DNA of 63,448 nt, the filler included, from Asterionella formosa (Eukaryota): NCBI GenBank assembly GCA_002256025.1. It is 10 parts of 10 records of this genome, joined end to end, with 100 filler letters (N's around TTAATTAATTAA, not from the genome) between each part and the next. Parts side by side here need not be neighbours in the genome. Positions count along the whole stretch, not along the records: positions 1 to 18,242 come from NKIB01004138.1; 9 more parts are not named here. One strand, written 5' to 3'. Under the pieces are notes generated by a model, which had not been told where the DNA came from, searched no databases, and saw only the letters and a program-made list of their open reading frames with translations. Both the position numbers and the translations under genes were made by a program. Below, one piece after another: positions 1 to 12,446 of this stretch. The stretch's first letter is position 1; each line of letters begins with the position of its first letter.

Positions 1-2715
1 GGGGTTGCTCCCCCGCTATTAAAAGGAGTGGCACCACCGGCCATTGCTGAATTTTGTGAGGGTGCTTGGGTCCTTGTTGGATCTTCAGTAGAACCAAACT
101 TGTCCCCAGCAACGGCAACACGTTCACGGACAACCATGATCTTCTTGAGACGCGAGTGTAATTCGACTTGAACATGTGTTGCAGTTGCATCTGCAACGGT
201 CCCAAGGTAACCTTTCCACTGACCAGCTTGGATTCGAACAGTCTTTCCAATCAATGCATCGTCACGCTTCCCTCCAGCCCCAGCTCCACCAGCTCCGCTG
301 TGCTGACTCTTCGGTGTGCTGAATGGACTGGCCCCAACATCGCTGGCACCTCCTCGATTTTGGGAACGAGATCCAGAGAGAAGGCAACTTCTGCTTCGAA
401 CAACAAATATACCTGCATTTTCGGTTCGTGTTTGAGAAAACAAAAAGAGTTGGGTTCGACTCATACGCTTGATCGTTGCCTGTTTTCCCTTGTGAGGTCC
501 TTCGGTGACGCTGACCAGGTCTCCCACTCTAATTTGGTTTCCTTGCACATCGACGGCGAGAGCTCGGTTCGAACCAGCATTACGCTTTCCTCGCAGTTCC
601 TCAGGTCTTATTTCACGAACAATACCATGATTGTTTACAACAGTGAAGTCCTCCCGACCCACGCGGACAATGACTCCAACTTCATTAGTGGATCCTCCTC
701 CGCTGAGTACAACGAGATCGTACAACTCGTAACCTGCAAGTTTGTCTTGACCAGAAGCAACTTCAGCTGATTCGCGTACTTGCGAGGTTCTCACTGATAT
801 TTCTCGGTTGGTGAGATCTGTCAATACAACAGCAGTCCAATCTGTTTCTCCGTCCATCTGCTCAACTGCAACCACTGTTCCTGTTTCGTTGGCATATCTA
901 CCATCAGTGACCTTAACGTGCGCACCCACAGCAATGTACTTCCGAACTTGGTTTGCAAGAAATTCCACTTCCTCCATTCCACCTAAGTCTACGCTGTTGT
1001 TCGTTGGTTTGACTTTAACCGTGGTCCCATCCAGACCAAGAATTTTCCCTCGCAGACCAATCAAATCGCCTTCCACCACTTCAATGGTGTCTCCAATCAA
1101 TAGTCCAGCTCCAGCGCCCTGCTTTGTCTTGGAAAGGCTAGTTTCTCCTTGCAGTTGCGACAATTCATCCAGCAGCGATGCCGCCATTTTAGAACCTTCA
1201 TTTTCGCCTTGGTCGCCTTCATCGAATGTAGAGTCTTTTGACTTCTGTCCTTGACGGAATTTTTGCAACTCCTCCAACGCAGGTGGGTCTTCCTCCGATG
1301 TTGGCTTGACCATGGAACCAACAGTCATTTCCTTCAAGAGATAACCATCGTGATAGTAGTTGCCCTCGTAGTAATCACAGAAAATATCTAACCCCGGAAA
1401 GCGTTGACGGGTCGCCGACAACTTGCCCATGGCAGCAATCTCTTGTGCATTAAAGAATTTTTGTGGGGGTCGAACAGTACGACGTCGGATTCTGGCTTCC
1501 TCTGGGGGAAGATCAGCGAGCGTCAAGTCAATACGAGGCACACACTGGACAATGCACTTCAGGCCAGAATCACGAACAGATTTGACCAACGCGAGATCAC
1601 CTTTGTAATGGCCTCGAGTCATTCGAACCCAGTCGTTCGGCTTGACTGGCTTCTTCTTCGGAGTCACATTCATAACAGTTGTCATGTCCTGAATAGGAAT
1701 CAAGCGCATAGAGTAAATCATGAGTCCACGGACTCCCTGGATGGCTTCCAACACTGCAGGTTCGCTGTATGACTCGACATAGATTCGTCCCTTGCTCTGC
1801 GCAGCAATCACGCTTGTAATTCCGAGAGGACGCCCTTGGCGAGCAAGGGCAATGCATTTATTCATAATTTGATACACCAGCTCCTCTTCCTTTCCAGTCA
1901 AACAGGAAACCATCCACAAACTGGGATCCGACACGGAAGGTACCAGACTTTGTTGGGAAACTGCAGTGTATGGTGCATCCACTGGTCCGCCTTCGTCTTC
2001 TCCCACATCCTCCACAGTAGCCGATGGTCCACGATCTAAAATTGACCTATCCACGGTTCGACGCTGCATACGATGACGATCTTCAATCTCCCTGGCCAAT
2101 TCTGCAACCGACTTGTCGCCAGATCCAAATCTCCCTGCCTGTGCACGACGACGATCCTGGAGACGAATTAATTCTTGGGCTTCCTCGTCCATTTGCTCTC
2201 GGCGAATATCTTCTTCTGTGTAGTGTTTCTTAACCACATCGTGAGGATCCTTGTGAGTTCCGTACGCTTCATCTTCGTCATCGTCATCATCGTCTTCCGA
2301 GGCTTCCGCTTCTTCATCAAAGAAGGAGCTCGTCTTTGGCCGCTTCTTGGATGCACCACCTCCAGAAGACTTGCGCTTTTTTGTTTCCACCTCTTCTTCC
2401 TCCTCTTCTTCTTCGTCGTCGTCCTCCTCTTCTTCCTCATCGTCGTCATCGGAAGAGAGATCGGCGTTCGAAGCTGACTTTGTCTTGGGCTTGGGGACAG
2501 CAACTTCTTCCTCGTCTGAATCCTCTTCTTCTTCCGAGTCCGAATCGTCGTTATCTCCGTGCTGATCAGGGCGAAAAAACTTGCCATTTCCTGGGCGAAA
2601 GTACTTTCCACCTCGTACTCCACTGTGTGTGATGTAACGCGAGAGAATCGAAAAGTTAAATTAAACAAATGAGAATATCTGGGTGAATGCGGACCGTTGG
2701 CGAAACTTACGACAT
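1..2715 (-). CDS. SPT5: Transcription elongation factor SPT5 (3' end cut off by contig end)
   Basis: Coding exon 1 is ATGTC (2715-2711), then an intron GTAAGT...CACAG (2710-2623), then exon 2 reading from 2622 to the edge. Translation: MSGVRGGKYF..., an acidic N-terminus, an NGN-like region, KOW motifs (GDTIEVVEGDLIGLRGKI, GAHVKVTDGRYANETGTV, GKTVRIQAGQWKGYLGTV) and the start of GGATP C-terminal repeats. Probably absent from the ORF track because no stop falls inside the window. Confidence 0.93.
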
Positions 2716-4046
2716 GATTACGATGACAAGAGTTCGATCTTTTGCTGAATGGTGCTAGCTTTTCGAGAGTTGACGTTTGAGCAATGGCGAATGGAAGCAA
2801 TATGTGTTGTATTTTAGGTCTCTTGCCTGTATCGTTGTCGTATGGTCCATTAACAGATGAGCATCATCATCATGAGGAGCATTCGGTACCCGTAAATTCA
2901 CCATGTCATCATAGCATGTGTTGGCTGATGGAAAAAGACTTACCGGTAGTACATACGACTTTTCAAGTACCAGTACATTCATAAAAATACTAAAGATGTA
3001 CAAACCGTAGCTAACAGCAAAGGACGAGGCATCGATGCATCAGGGAAAGTCTACAATGACGTCATCCATATAAAAATAGTGATAGCTGCGTGGACTACCG
3101 GTATGTATGAATGTGTGTATTGCAGATAAACTTAGATATTGCCTCAAAAAAAGAGTAACAATAATTCATACAGCTGTTGGTAAACATTCTCTTCCTGTTT
3201 GTGCTTCTTACCATGACAGAATCTTATTCTCAGGTCTCCAATCTTATAGGATTGGGGTGTTTGAAATTGGGGGAATTAGTTTCACCCTAAATTGATCTAC
3301 TGGTAGCCAAATTGAGTTCCAGCAGAAAAGGATTGAAAATGATCATGCCATGAACCATTATGGCCAATGTACGCATTTGAGTAGTGGATTGGCAGGTATG
3401 AATATCCAACTTGTCCAAATCATCATATCAGCAAATTTACTGCAACTTGCAGGTACCTGGTACCAGGAGGAGGGGTACCAGCTACTCCTAGGTACTGATC
3501 AACTCATTGTTACCACCCTCATGTCTGCTCTTGCTTTGCTACTGCCACCATCAGCAATTTGTTTTGGAAATCTGGGATTCCTCATTTCACTGAACAACTA
3601 TACAGGTTCCTTATCCAATATGCCTAGACTGAGAATACCAGTAGACTACCAATATGGTTCACATGCATTTGCTCATTACACAGCCAGTAGCTTGATTTGA
3701 ACTTCGAATGGGACAAGTTAACTTTAACAGACTAAGATTGTGGCATGACAGTGATGTTTGTTTTCCCAAAAAACACTTTTCCGCCCTCCATACTGGTACA
3801 GTAGATTTCTGTCAATTCTCAGTGCCACATCCTGTTACTTAAATTAGTAGGGGTTTTCTACTTTTCTTGTATGGCACTTGCATGTATTCCTTCAAGAACC
3901 ACAATGTCATTTCCTATTTTTTGAAAATCTTTGCAGCGAATTATTGAAGCTACATTATGGTTGAGGTCAGCAGTCACAGCTGCGACATTTGATTTTGTCA
4001 TTTATTGGCCTAAGAGGCTGTTATTTCATTGCTTCCGCATCATCAC

Positions 4047-4433
4047 CTATTCCTTCTGGATCAAAACATTCCACTCTTCGATACTATGCCCAGTCACAAT
4101 ACCTCCACTCACATAGGGATCCTTCTCCACAAACATTTCAGCAGTTGCCAAGTCGGTAAAAATGAAGAGTGCTCCAGTTGGCACTTGCATGTTGGGTGGT
4201 CCAGTCGGTCCACCACTCAAACACTTTCCTTCCGCAGCCAACTGTTTGGCCAAGCCAAGGTGGCCTTCACGAAATGGACCTCTCTTTTCAAGTACATCTG
4301 GAATGTATTCATAACGAAGCAGGTAATTTGTTGCCGCCAGAGTTGTGGAGGATGTAAATGTGCGTGCCGCTTGCCGATTACTGGAAACGAAAGCCATGAC
4401 TGAGATCTTTCCCAAATGAGCTGCTCCCCACAT
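4047..4433 (-). CDS. YciI/YCII-related domain protein with N-terminal organelle-targeting-like extension
   Basis: YLLRYEYIPDVLEKRGPFREGHL...GGP...GALFIF...AEMFVEKDPYV..GIVTGHSIEEW matches the YciI pattern (R..H, DPY). The Ser/Thr/Arg-rich leader follows ...VMAF. Start codon uncertain. Confidence 0.8.
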   Translation of the reverse strand: MWGAAHLGKISVMAFVSSNRQAARTFTSSTTLAATNYLLRYEYIPDVLEKRGPFREGHLGLAKQLAAEGKCLSGGPTGPPNMQVPTGALFIFTDLATAEMFVEKDPYVSGGIVTGHSIEEWNVLIQKE

Positions 4434-5352
4434 GAAATAATATTTACTCTCTTGCTGAGGGGAGTGGATATAATGGAATGGAAGTACCAGGTACCGCCGG
4501 TATCACGGTGTGATGGTGGCGACTGATACACAATCCGAGTACCGGTACAGTGTACCGGGTATGTACGTATGATGGTGATCGAAAGAGGCAGGATGATGAT
4601 GGGCAACATTTTCTGCACGCGTTGAATGAAAAATGCTGACGGAGGATTCTTGTCAGTACTACGCACCGGTGCATATGTACAGCAGTAAAAAACAAAATCG
4701 GTATCTACTACTACCAACGTAGAAATGATCTGAAAGACCATGTAATCAATCCTAAGCTAATATATCCTCAAGTAAATAGAAGGGAGCATCTGGTACCAAG
4801 TACCAGGTACCCTATAAGATATTGCTTTGTCTGTGGATCATAAGGACAGACTATAAATAGTGGTGCATGCATCCTCATCCATGTGTGCTGGCTGGCTGTC
4901 CTGTCGGGAAAAGTTTGTATCCAGTACATATGTATCTATGGGTAAACACGTGCAGCCAAGGCAGTCCTCTCGTGACAGATGGAAAATTTGCCCCAGTATT
5001 TCGTCTACGGGAACGTCATGTAGGCCAATGGTTACTTAAGGAATTTTTAAATTCAATTTCTTCACTTTCTTCTATAGTCGAATAATTTAACTTCTCACAA
5101 CCCATCCCTTGATGACAGAACCTCTATAGTCGGTGGTACCATCATGGTGACTTGTGAGCCAGTTTGTTGCCACAACTTGATAGGTCCATCATGGTGGTTG
5201 CTCTTGCTAATGATAACAATACTGCTACTGTTGTGAATCAAGGAGCAGTAGATGCATTGATTAACACTAGAAAGTCTATGTTTGTTAATTCAATTTCTTC
5301 AATATTTTCTCCTCGTCCTAACAAATTGTGACATCGGAAGATTCTTGGATAC

Positions 5353-5522
5353 TCTGGCTGGACACCCAATAGGACCACAGCAGGCACATTCTCTTCCAAG
5401 AGTATCAAACTGCAACTAACAACCTCCTTCCCATTGCGTATCTGGCTGGACACCTAATAGGACCACAGCAGGCACATTCTCTTCCAAGAGTATCAAACTG
5501 CAACTAACAACCTCCTTCCCAT
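5353..5522. repeat. Tandem duplication, two near-identical 82-bp copies (period 88 bp)
   Basis: TCTGGCTGGACACC.AATAGGACCACAGCAGG...CCTCCTTCCCAT at 5353-5434 and 5441-5522. Confidence 0.9.
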
Positions 5523-7570
5523 GAAGCAATCTCAAATCGCTCCAACCCCCAAGATACACCCAAGACTCCATTGCCATAATTTTTCCTCATCACACATAAG
5601 GCACTTGCCATTATGGATAGGATTGGATGCCAGGGCAGTAACATCATAAAAGTTGACATAAATAACTAAATATGGCTCAATAAATGTTTTCTCTGCTACT
5701 CCATCATGCTAAGTGAAAATCACCCCTCAGTACTGGCCAATTGCAACATTTTTAATTTCTGAAACATGACATAAATGGTAGCTGTTCCTGGAAATTGTGG
5801 TTCATGTGAGTCAGACCTCATGTAGCCAATGTTGGGCATATCTGCAATGACCTTTAAAGAATTTCAGCAGAGAAATGATGACGAAAATGGAAGTGACAAT
5901 GTCAAGAGAAACAACGATGTGCCATGTATTTCATTGCATTTATCATTGACTGCTGTTTAAGAGGATAAAGAAATAAAAAGTTATTAAGTAAATTTTATAG
6001 TACACTATTGTTAAAGAACTCGACAATTGTCATGAAAATTGGTAGTCTCATCCGTAGGAATATTATAGTAATTAATTATAATGAAAATCGTCAACACTCA
6101 ATGCTCCATTGTTGTCGTTGCTGTTGTTGTAAGGTCGTGATCGGCATTCACATCGGCCTATATCCTTTCTCCTCTCCCACCACCAGTATCTCCCTACCAT
6201 CACAATGACGACTCAGAGGTCTTTTCATTCTTTTTCGCTTAACAGACTATCGAATACTATATCATCAGTATATGTGATGACAATTATATATTGTTTCCGC
6301 CATTCTGATTGGTGGAGACAATCTTCATTTGCCCGAATATTAATCTTTGGGAAACAAAGATTGTTCAAGAAAATACGAAGATTGGGTCAATATCAGGGAT
6401 GACTCTCGAAATATTCGGGCGAACGAAGATTAATCTTTGTAATCGGGGGGGATTTGCGAGTTTTTTAGTCCGTGAGGGACGAAAATACGAAGATTAAACA
6501 CCCAACAGGTTATCCAGTCAACTCAATCTTCGTAATTGGGGCACCATAAGACAGGGCCTAAGCTAGTGCTATTCCCCAGGATAAAGAAATATATTATCAT
6601 GGATTTATTAATTTTATGTAGGAATTTACTATTGCCCAATGCTCCAATCATGAAGTATGCAAAATGATTTCTGGAATACAACTTCATCAAAAATTTTGAC
6701 TCAGTGGTAAGCATTTTCATGGATCAATCTTGTAATGTTAGTTACAGCCAGGGAAGGGGCTCAAGAAATGCTTAGCATGAATTCTATATTTTTCAAATGC
6801 ACAAGCAGAATTACAATTTGACTATACCTGGTACCCTCAAATTCTGCCTTGATGGAGTCAAAATCAGGAGAAAATAGAGATAAGCATACAATATTTTACT
6901 CTGCAGGGTACAACATGTTGTAAGTGTCCTGGCATGATGCTCTACATTCCGGCATGTGAAATGTATGCAGCAACACACTTATACGCAACAAGTACCTGGG
7001 ATAACTGGTACTTAACGGTGCCTGGCACCTGGTACCATGTCCAAGTTGCCTACCCAGCACGATGCGACATTCCGGAGAATATGGCATGGCTACTCCGAGT
7101 CATCAATGCTCCTCCTGGTGGACAAGCCAGGTCGCGTCAGCATTGCAGTACCTGTTACCGGTATATACCGCTCTTTGAGGCTGTATGTTATTATTATTAC
7201 ATCCAGGACACCGGCCGCGCTTAATCTTGGCAGGAAGGTCGACAGAATGGTCGTGAACCTGATGAGGAGAAGGGAACGCATGTTCGTCGAGCCAGTGCTC
7301 CAACGAACACTTGTACTAAACCACAGGTAGAAAATTTCCTTGGGTCGGCCCGACTCGTGTGATCTTCGAGGGTTTAAGCACGGCGACAAGGTAATGCAGC
7401 TGCCAAACATATTGTTTGAAAGGCCACTTTGCTGCGATCTACATATGCTGCCAACAAACTAGTTTGCGACGAAGCCTTTTCTCCTTACATTTTGATACAT
7501 CGTGCAGAATTCTTTGATTTGTGAAAGCACCCAGTATATTCAGCTGTCTTCAGATCGTATATAGTAAATC

Positions 7571-9292
7571 ATGTTTGGTGGGAATCGACCAGGAAGAGGT
7601 CGGGCTGCATTTGGCCCGGTGCCGATTCCTCGAGGGGAAAAAGTGCAGTTGCTTCCTTTACCTAGTGCAGCCCATGAGGCTCAAGATCGCTTCGCCGTGC
7701 AATCACTCCTGAGCTTGCCGAGTGTGGTGTCGACTTCGTCTTATACTGCTATTGCTTCTCTAGATGAAAATTCAAACAATGTAGCCGCGACTCGTTCCGA
7801 AACAAACCGACACCTTCAGCTGGACACGGTATGCAACTCCAGCTCATCGCTTTTCTCAGCACAAGCTAGACATGCGCAGCAGCATGTAAACGGATCCATT
7901 TTAGGTATGGAACCAGAAGACTCGACTTTGGTCGCAGACCCCGAGAATGCTATAGATACAAAGGACGTGTCGAAGGACATCCACAAGGTATCAAGTGATC
8001 CAAGCACCATTATTACGGAGGTAGAGCGTGTCGCACTATTCGGACAACCACTGGAGTATGCGTGTGGAGAAGCTCTGCGAAAGAATGTGCTGGAACCAGT
8101 GATCGCAGAATACAATTCAATGGACGAAGACGTCCTCACTGAGGCTCCTCGCTTACTAAGTTTAATCAGCAAGGGACACCTCCTTTTTATGCAACATCGG
8201 GATAAAGTTAGTTGCGGTTCCGTTGAGCGAATATGCAATACAGATGGAGGGAGCCTTGTCATGTGGTACGACTCTGGAGATAAATATTTGTCGTACGTCG
8301 ACGAAGTGTGGGCCGGGTGGTGGGTGAGAAGGTGTCACACGTTTGATCAGGGATGTGAGATGCACAAACTCTGTGATTTGGACGGAAAGAAACTGGGGGT
8401 CGTCTATATTGAGCGAAACTTATTGGACCGACATTTTATTGGGGAGGATAGAAGAGTGAGGGTAACACTCATCCGCGGTATTCGAATTGTGCCTCAAATC
8501 AACAGAGAAGTCAAAATGCGACGGGACCTCCTCGACAACTTACCTACTGAAGAAATGGAATATAATGGGGTTGCCACCTTGATTTTTTGTCACGTCATCT
8601 TTCTTTCAATGCGATACGGTGCCGAAGCAATAGCCGTGCACCCTCCAAAGAGTGAACGAGCGGAAAAATTTTACGAGTCGTTAATGGGGCCGGCACTGCT
8701 TGTTGAGGAAGACGACGGGCGAAGGTACTATCGTCTCGATGGCTCAAACAAATGGAATATTTTGCAAAATTGTTTCCGTTACCAACTCAATCTTTTTATT
8801 AGATATCGAGATGAGGAAGCTCTTCGAGCTGAAGACGAGGAAAAAGCTGCGATAATTGCGATTGAGAACGAAGATGAGCGACTCAAAACGGAAGCAACAG
8901 ACGCAGCGAAGTCTGAGCTGGCTGGAAGGCTCCAAGCCGAGGACGACGCTCGTATCGAGGAAATTGAGGCCGAAGAAAGCTTGCAGAGACTAAACGTTAT
9001 TTATGCTGCACACGGTGGAGCAGTTGGACAATCGGAAACAACAGGTGCCGATAATGAATATACAGGTGGGATAGAATTGGATAGTGAGCCATCAGATACA
9101 GATTTGGGGGATACAGTGATCGGCCTATCTGCGGGACTCACAGGAGATACTAACCACAAGAATGCAAGGATGTCGAATGGTTATGGAACCATAGCATCAA
9201 AGCGGCCACTGGATGCTGTTAATTCAGACGACGCAAGTAACCTTGTGGGAAGCAAAAAGCAAAAGTACTGCAATGATTTGACATCTGTTTAG
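7571..9292 (+). CDS. 573-aa protein with central GNAT-like acetyltransferase fold and acidic coiled-coil tail
   Basis: Long intact ORF. YNGVATLIFCHVIFLSMRYG...AIAVHPPKSERAEKFYESLMG resembles GNAT motifs A and B. Basic KRP/KKQK patches at the C-terminus look like an NLS. An upstream exon near 7230-7330 is possible. Confidence 0.6.
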   Translation: MFGGNRPGRGRAAFGPVPIPRGEKVQLLPLPSAAHEAQDRFAVQSLLSLPSVVSTSSYTAIASLDENSNNVAATRSETNRHLQLDTVCNSSSSLFSAQARHAQQHVNGSILGMEPEDSTLVADPENAIDTKDVSKDIHKVSSDPSTIITEVERVALFGQPLEYACGEALRKNVLEPVIAEYNSMDEDVLTEAPRLLSLISKGHLLFMQHRDKVSCGSVERICNTDGGSLVMWYDSGDKYLSYVDEVWAGWWVRRCHTFDQGCEMHKLCDLDGKKLGVVYIERNLLDRHFIGEDRRVRVTLIRGIRIVPQINREVKMRRDLLDNLPTEEMEYNGVATLIFCHVIFLSMRYGAEAIAVHPPKSERAEKFYESLMGPALLVEEDDGRRYYRLDGSNKWNILQNCFRYQLNLFIRYRDEEALRAEDEEKAAIIAIENEDERLKTEATDAAKSELAGRLQAEDDARIEEIEAEESLQRLNVIYAAHGGAVGQSETTGADNEYTGGIELDSEPSDTDLGDTVIGLSAGLTGDTNHKNARMSNGYGTIASKRPLDAVNSDDASNLVGSKKQKYCNDLTSV

Positions 9293-10557
9293 GTATGGGG
9301 CGAAATAAATGTAATGTGAACAAGTTCAGCATGGGAATAGGGATTCTCAGTTACAAGGACGGAAGGTGCAATCGACTGGATGTGAGAGATCATCATTGTT
9401 TTTATTTCAATCTGGGCGACAAAGTGTATATGTGTATATGGTAAATGTAGACTACCACTGGCTAATGCGATTTACGATTGTTCAAGGTATAGCTAGATAA
9501 GTCAACTCAAAATTCTGTTGTATCGTGCGCAAATAGTCTCTTCTCTGGCCACATGTCATTTCAACTGCGTTTTGCTGGAGGTAAAAAATGCAAACAATGA
9601 TGATGATACCAACCATTATGGACTTCCAAAGGGCAGTTCCAAGCAGTGACACGGACTTCCAACAACGCATTGAATGGACAATACTGGAGGCCTCACAGCA
9701 AAAGACTGCAGTGTGAACATTTCTGGAATTAGCTAGCATACTGGAAGGGGAAGACAATATTCAATGAGATCAACTTTCATCTTCAATGGCAAGCAAATGC
9801 GTACCTTCTAAAACTGGTAGCATCACCACAGATGTTGGTATACATGTTGAAAACTGCTGATAGAATTGGAGCCTGGGACTGTAATGACAGAGTTCCGTCC
9901 TTCCTTATCCTTGATTGACTTACTGCTCCTCCAATAAATCGATGCACCTGCAACCAATGTTGTATCTGGATTGAGATGATGTTTGGCACATCATACTGGT
10001 AAGTCAGTGACAGCCTTGAACAAAATGGGCTTGTTCGAGAGAAACTTCTCACCAGCAAGGAATAGAGTGAGCTGTGCCAGTTTTTCTTTTGACATGGATG
10101 ATATTGTTGATCAAATGTCTTAAGCATGGGATGAGGATAATAATCCCTTGCCCAATTCGCCACAAGCCGACAAGCCGTACAGCATAGAGCTGGCTGTTGC
10201 CAATCAAGCTTGGGTTACATTGAATAATAACTTGCTTGCTGCTCGATCCAGCATTACAAATCCGAGCCCCCAACATGCATGCCTCCAGCTGAATAGAAAG
10301 AAGCAATAATAAAAAATGACAACATTAGTTGGTGGTCTACCTTTGCAAACAACAAAACAATTGTTACTTTCCAGATAAAATGAAACCAAGATTCGAGTTG
10401 ACACTCCTGTGCGTGGCACCAGATGTCATGAAAGCAAAATATAACATCATTTCTCATGCTACTCCTGACATTATATAGTTCACATTTTACGTCAACTGCT
10501 AGCAACATTTGTGACAAAGATGATCAACTCAACATATGTTATAACACCTTTTTCAGC

Positions 10558-10615
10558 GGGGGGGGGGGGGGGGGGAGGGGGGAGGGGATTTTAANNNNNN
10601 NNNNCCCCCACCCCG

Positions 10616-10673
<58 letters not shown>

Positions 10674-10676
10674 CCC
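10558..10676. other. Poly-G / 10-N gap / poly-C scaffold junction (probable sequencing or assembly artefact)
   Basis: G-run, then exactly 10 N (10595-10604), then a C-run. Typical of homopolymer read artefacts bridged by a scaffolder. Confidence 0.8.
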
Positions 10677-12446
10677 ACTCAAGAGAAAGGCATTTTAATA
10701 CAAATCTCTTCATTTCTTGGTGTGCTTACTAACCAGTGATTTCATTCGTGATTTGCACAGTTGCAACATGATGATAAATTATTTTTGTCAGTTTTCCTCT
10801 TGGATAACCATGCCGAACATGTTAAGTGTTTTTTGAACTTTCTTGGAAAATTTCAGTCAGCAGCCATACCGCACCCAGCGTAGTTAGTCTATGTTGTCAT
10901 GGTGGCTAATGGAGCCTTGATTGCACAGAATGTGCTGTGTGTGTCGTCAAGAGTTTGTCATTGTTTGTTTTGAATGATTTGTTAGTTATTCGCTGATTCT
11001 CTGATCTTGAGTTTACCAGGCGGTTATGACAAGGCCTGCTTTGCCTCCTTCTATTATTGCAGGAGTTGTTGTGGAATCTTTTTCGGATTCTCACAGCATC
11101 AAATGGTGTTGCGATTGGAGTTGCGTAGTTTGTAATCATGTCCACTTCCAACACTTTTGTCTTGGTAGGCCCGTTGACTGCATTGTTTCCAAATAATGTA
11201 TTTTTAGTTAATTTGAAATCGGCAACTACATTTCAAAAACGTTTTTGGGCTTTTTCGATATTCACTTATAGCCATCTCGAGCAAAATGCAGATACATGAG
11301 GAGGGATTTTTCTTCGGACCATCTAATCCCTACATACATAATACAATGTAGGATATAACAGTACTAGAACAACAATTTATTTAGATGTTAATAACTTAAT
11401 TAGCTAGTAGTGATTGCGAGTTTACACTCATGTCTAAATAACTTTAAATTCTTCGAGTAAGCAAGCCAACCCTCACGTAGAAAAATGGTATATTTTCTAA
11501 ATAATCTGTCCTAAAAATAAGCTTCATAAGATTCTTGGCACTGGAGTCACTGCAAATTGACGCAATTGGTGTTCTCACCCAGAGGGAGTTGCTGGTTTCA
11601 CAAAAAGGGTCAGCATGGCAGGTGGGAAAAGCTCAGCCATTCTTCTCTTGTTGTATGTAAACAGACTGAATTAGCCAAGCCTGATCAAGTGCTTGCTTAT
11701 CAACAATGCAGACCAAGGTTCAAAAATTTACAGTTTCGAGAGGGTTGACCTTCAGAGGCAATCAGTAATGAGAGCTTTTAGATTCTTAGAAGATCACTTT
11801 ATCCAGTAGCTAACTGGCTGGTGGTGGTACTAGTAGCCTAGTAAGTTTCATCATGGTTTCCCAGTGTCCGCTTATATCCTGTTAAGCCCATTTGTTCTAG
11901 GCATTGAATCATGTGGTCATGGTCTACTTGTGACTCATGCATGTTTCTAGTCCTGCTGAACCACTCAACCCCATTAGGTTTGTTTGCACCACTCATAATG
12001 CATGCCCTCTGTAATTTTTTGAGTTCCCTACTTTCGAGCTCCCCAGAAGTTGTAAACCCTCTCGATCCTTCTTTGCTCTCGCTACCCTGGTACTTTACCA
12101 CATGATACGACACCACGCAGCATGCGAGGGGCACAATTCCAGCAACATTTTTCTTTGGGGAAATTTGATAAAACAATACTGGACAGAGACCCCTAATGCT
12201 GCGTATGTACTTATTGTTTTAGCTTGAAACGAAATGATGGTGTGGAAACAGAAACGAACCATGACGATAGCGATATAGACGAGGACTGCATACAAGAAGA
12301 GACGAGCATTCTATCAATCTGATCGTCGCTCTCCATACGACGGACGAACATCTTATTATACAATTTCAACAACGGACAAATCCTTGAAATTGAGCTGTGT
12401 TGGTGCATTGATTTCCTCGGACTTCGTTTCGCGTATTTGTCCCACC

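Noticed and set aside
168..2800. ORF-track ORFs at 168-770, 808-1254, 2168-2800 and similar
   Set aside because: Antisense or off-frame shadows of SPT5.
9480..10500. Possible decayed minus-strand coding or TE sequence
   Set aside because: Fragmented frames with no motif I can assign.
10456..10698. Poly-Gly/poly-Pro ORF or G-quadruplex
   Set aside because: Produced by homopolymer runs around a 10-N gap; most likely an artefact.
11838..12360. Small minus-strand gene divergent from the 12447 gene
   Set aside because: I could not build a consistent spliced frame or recognise a domain.
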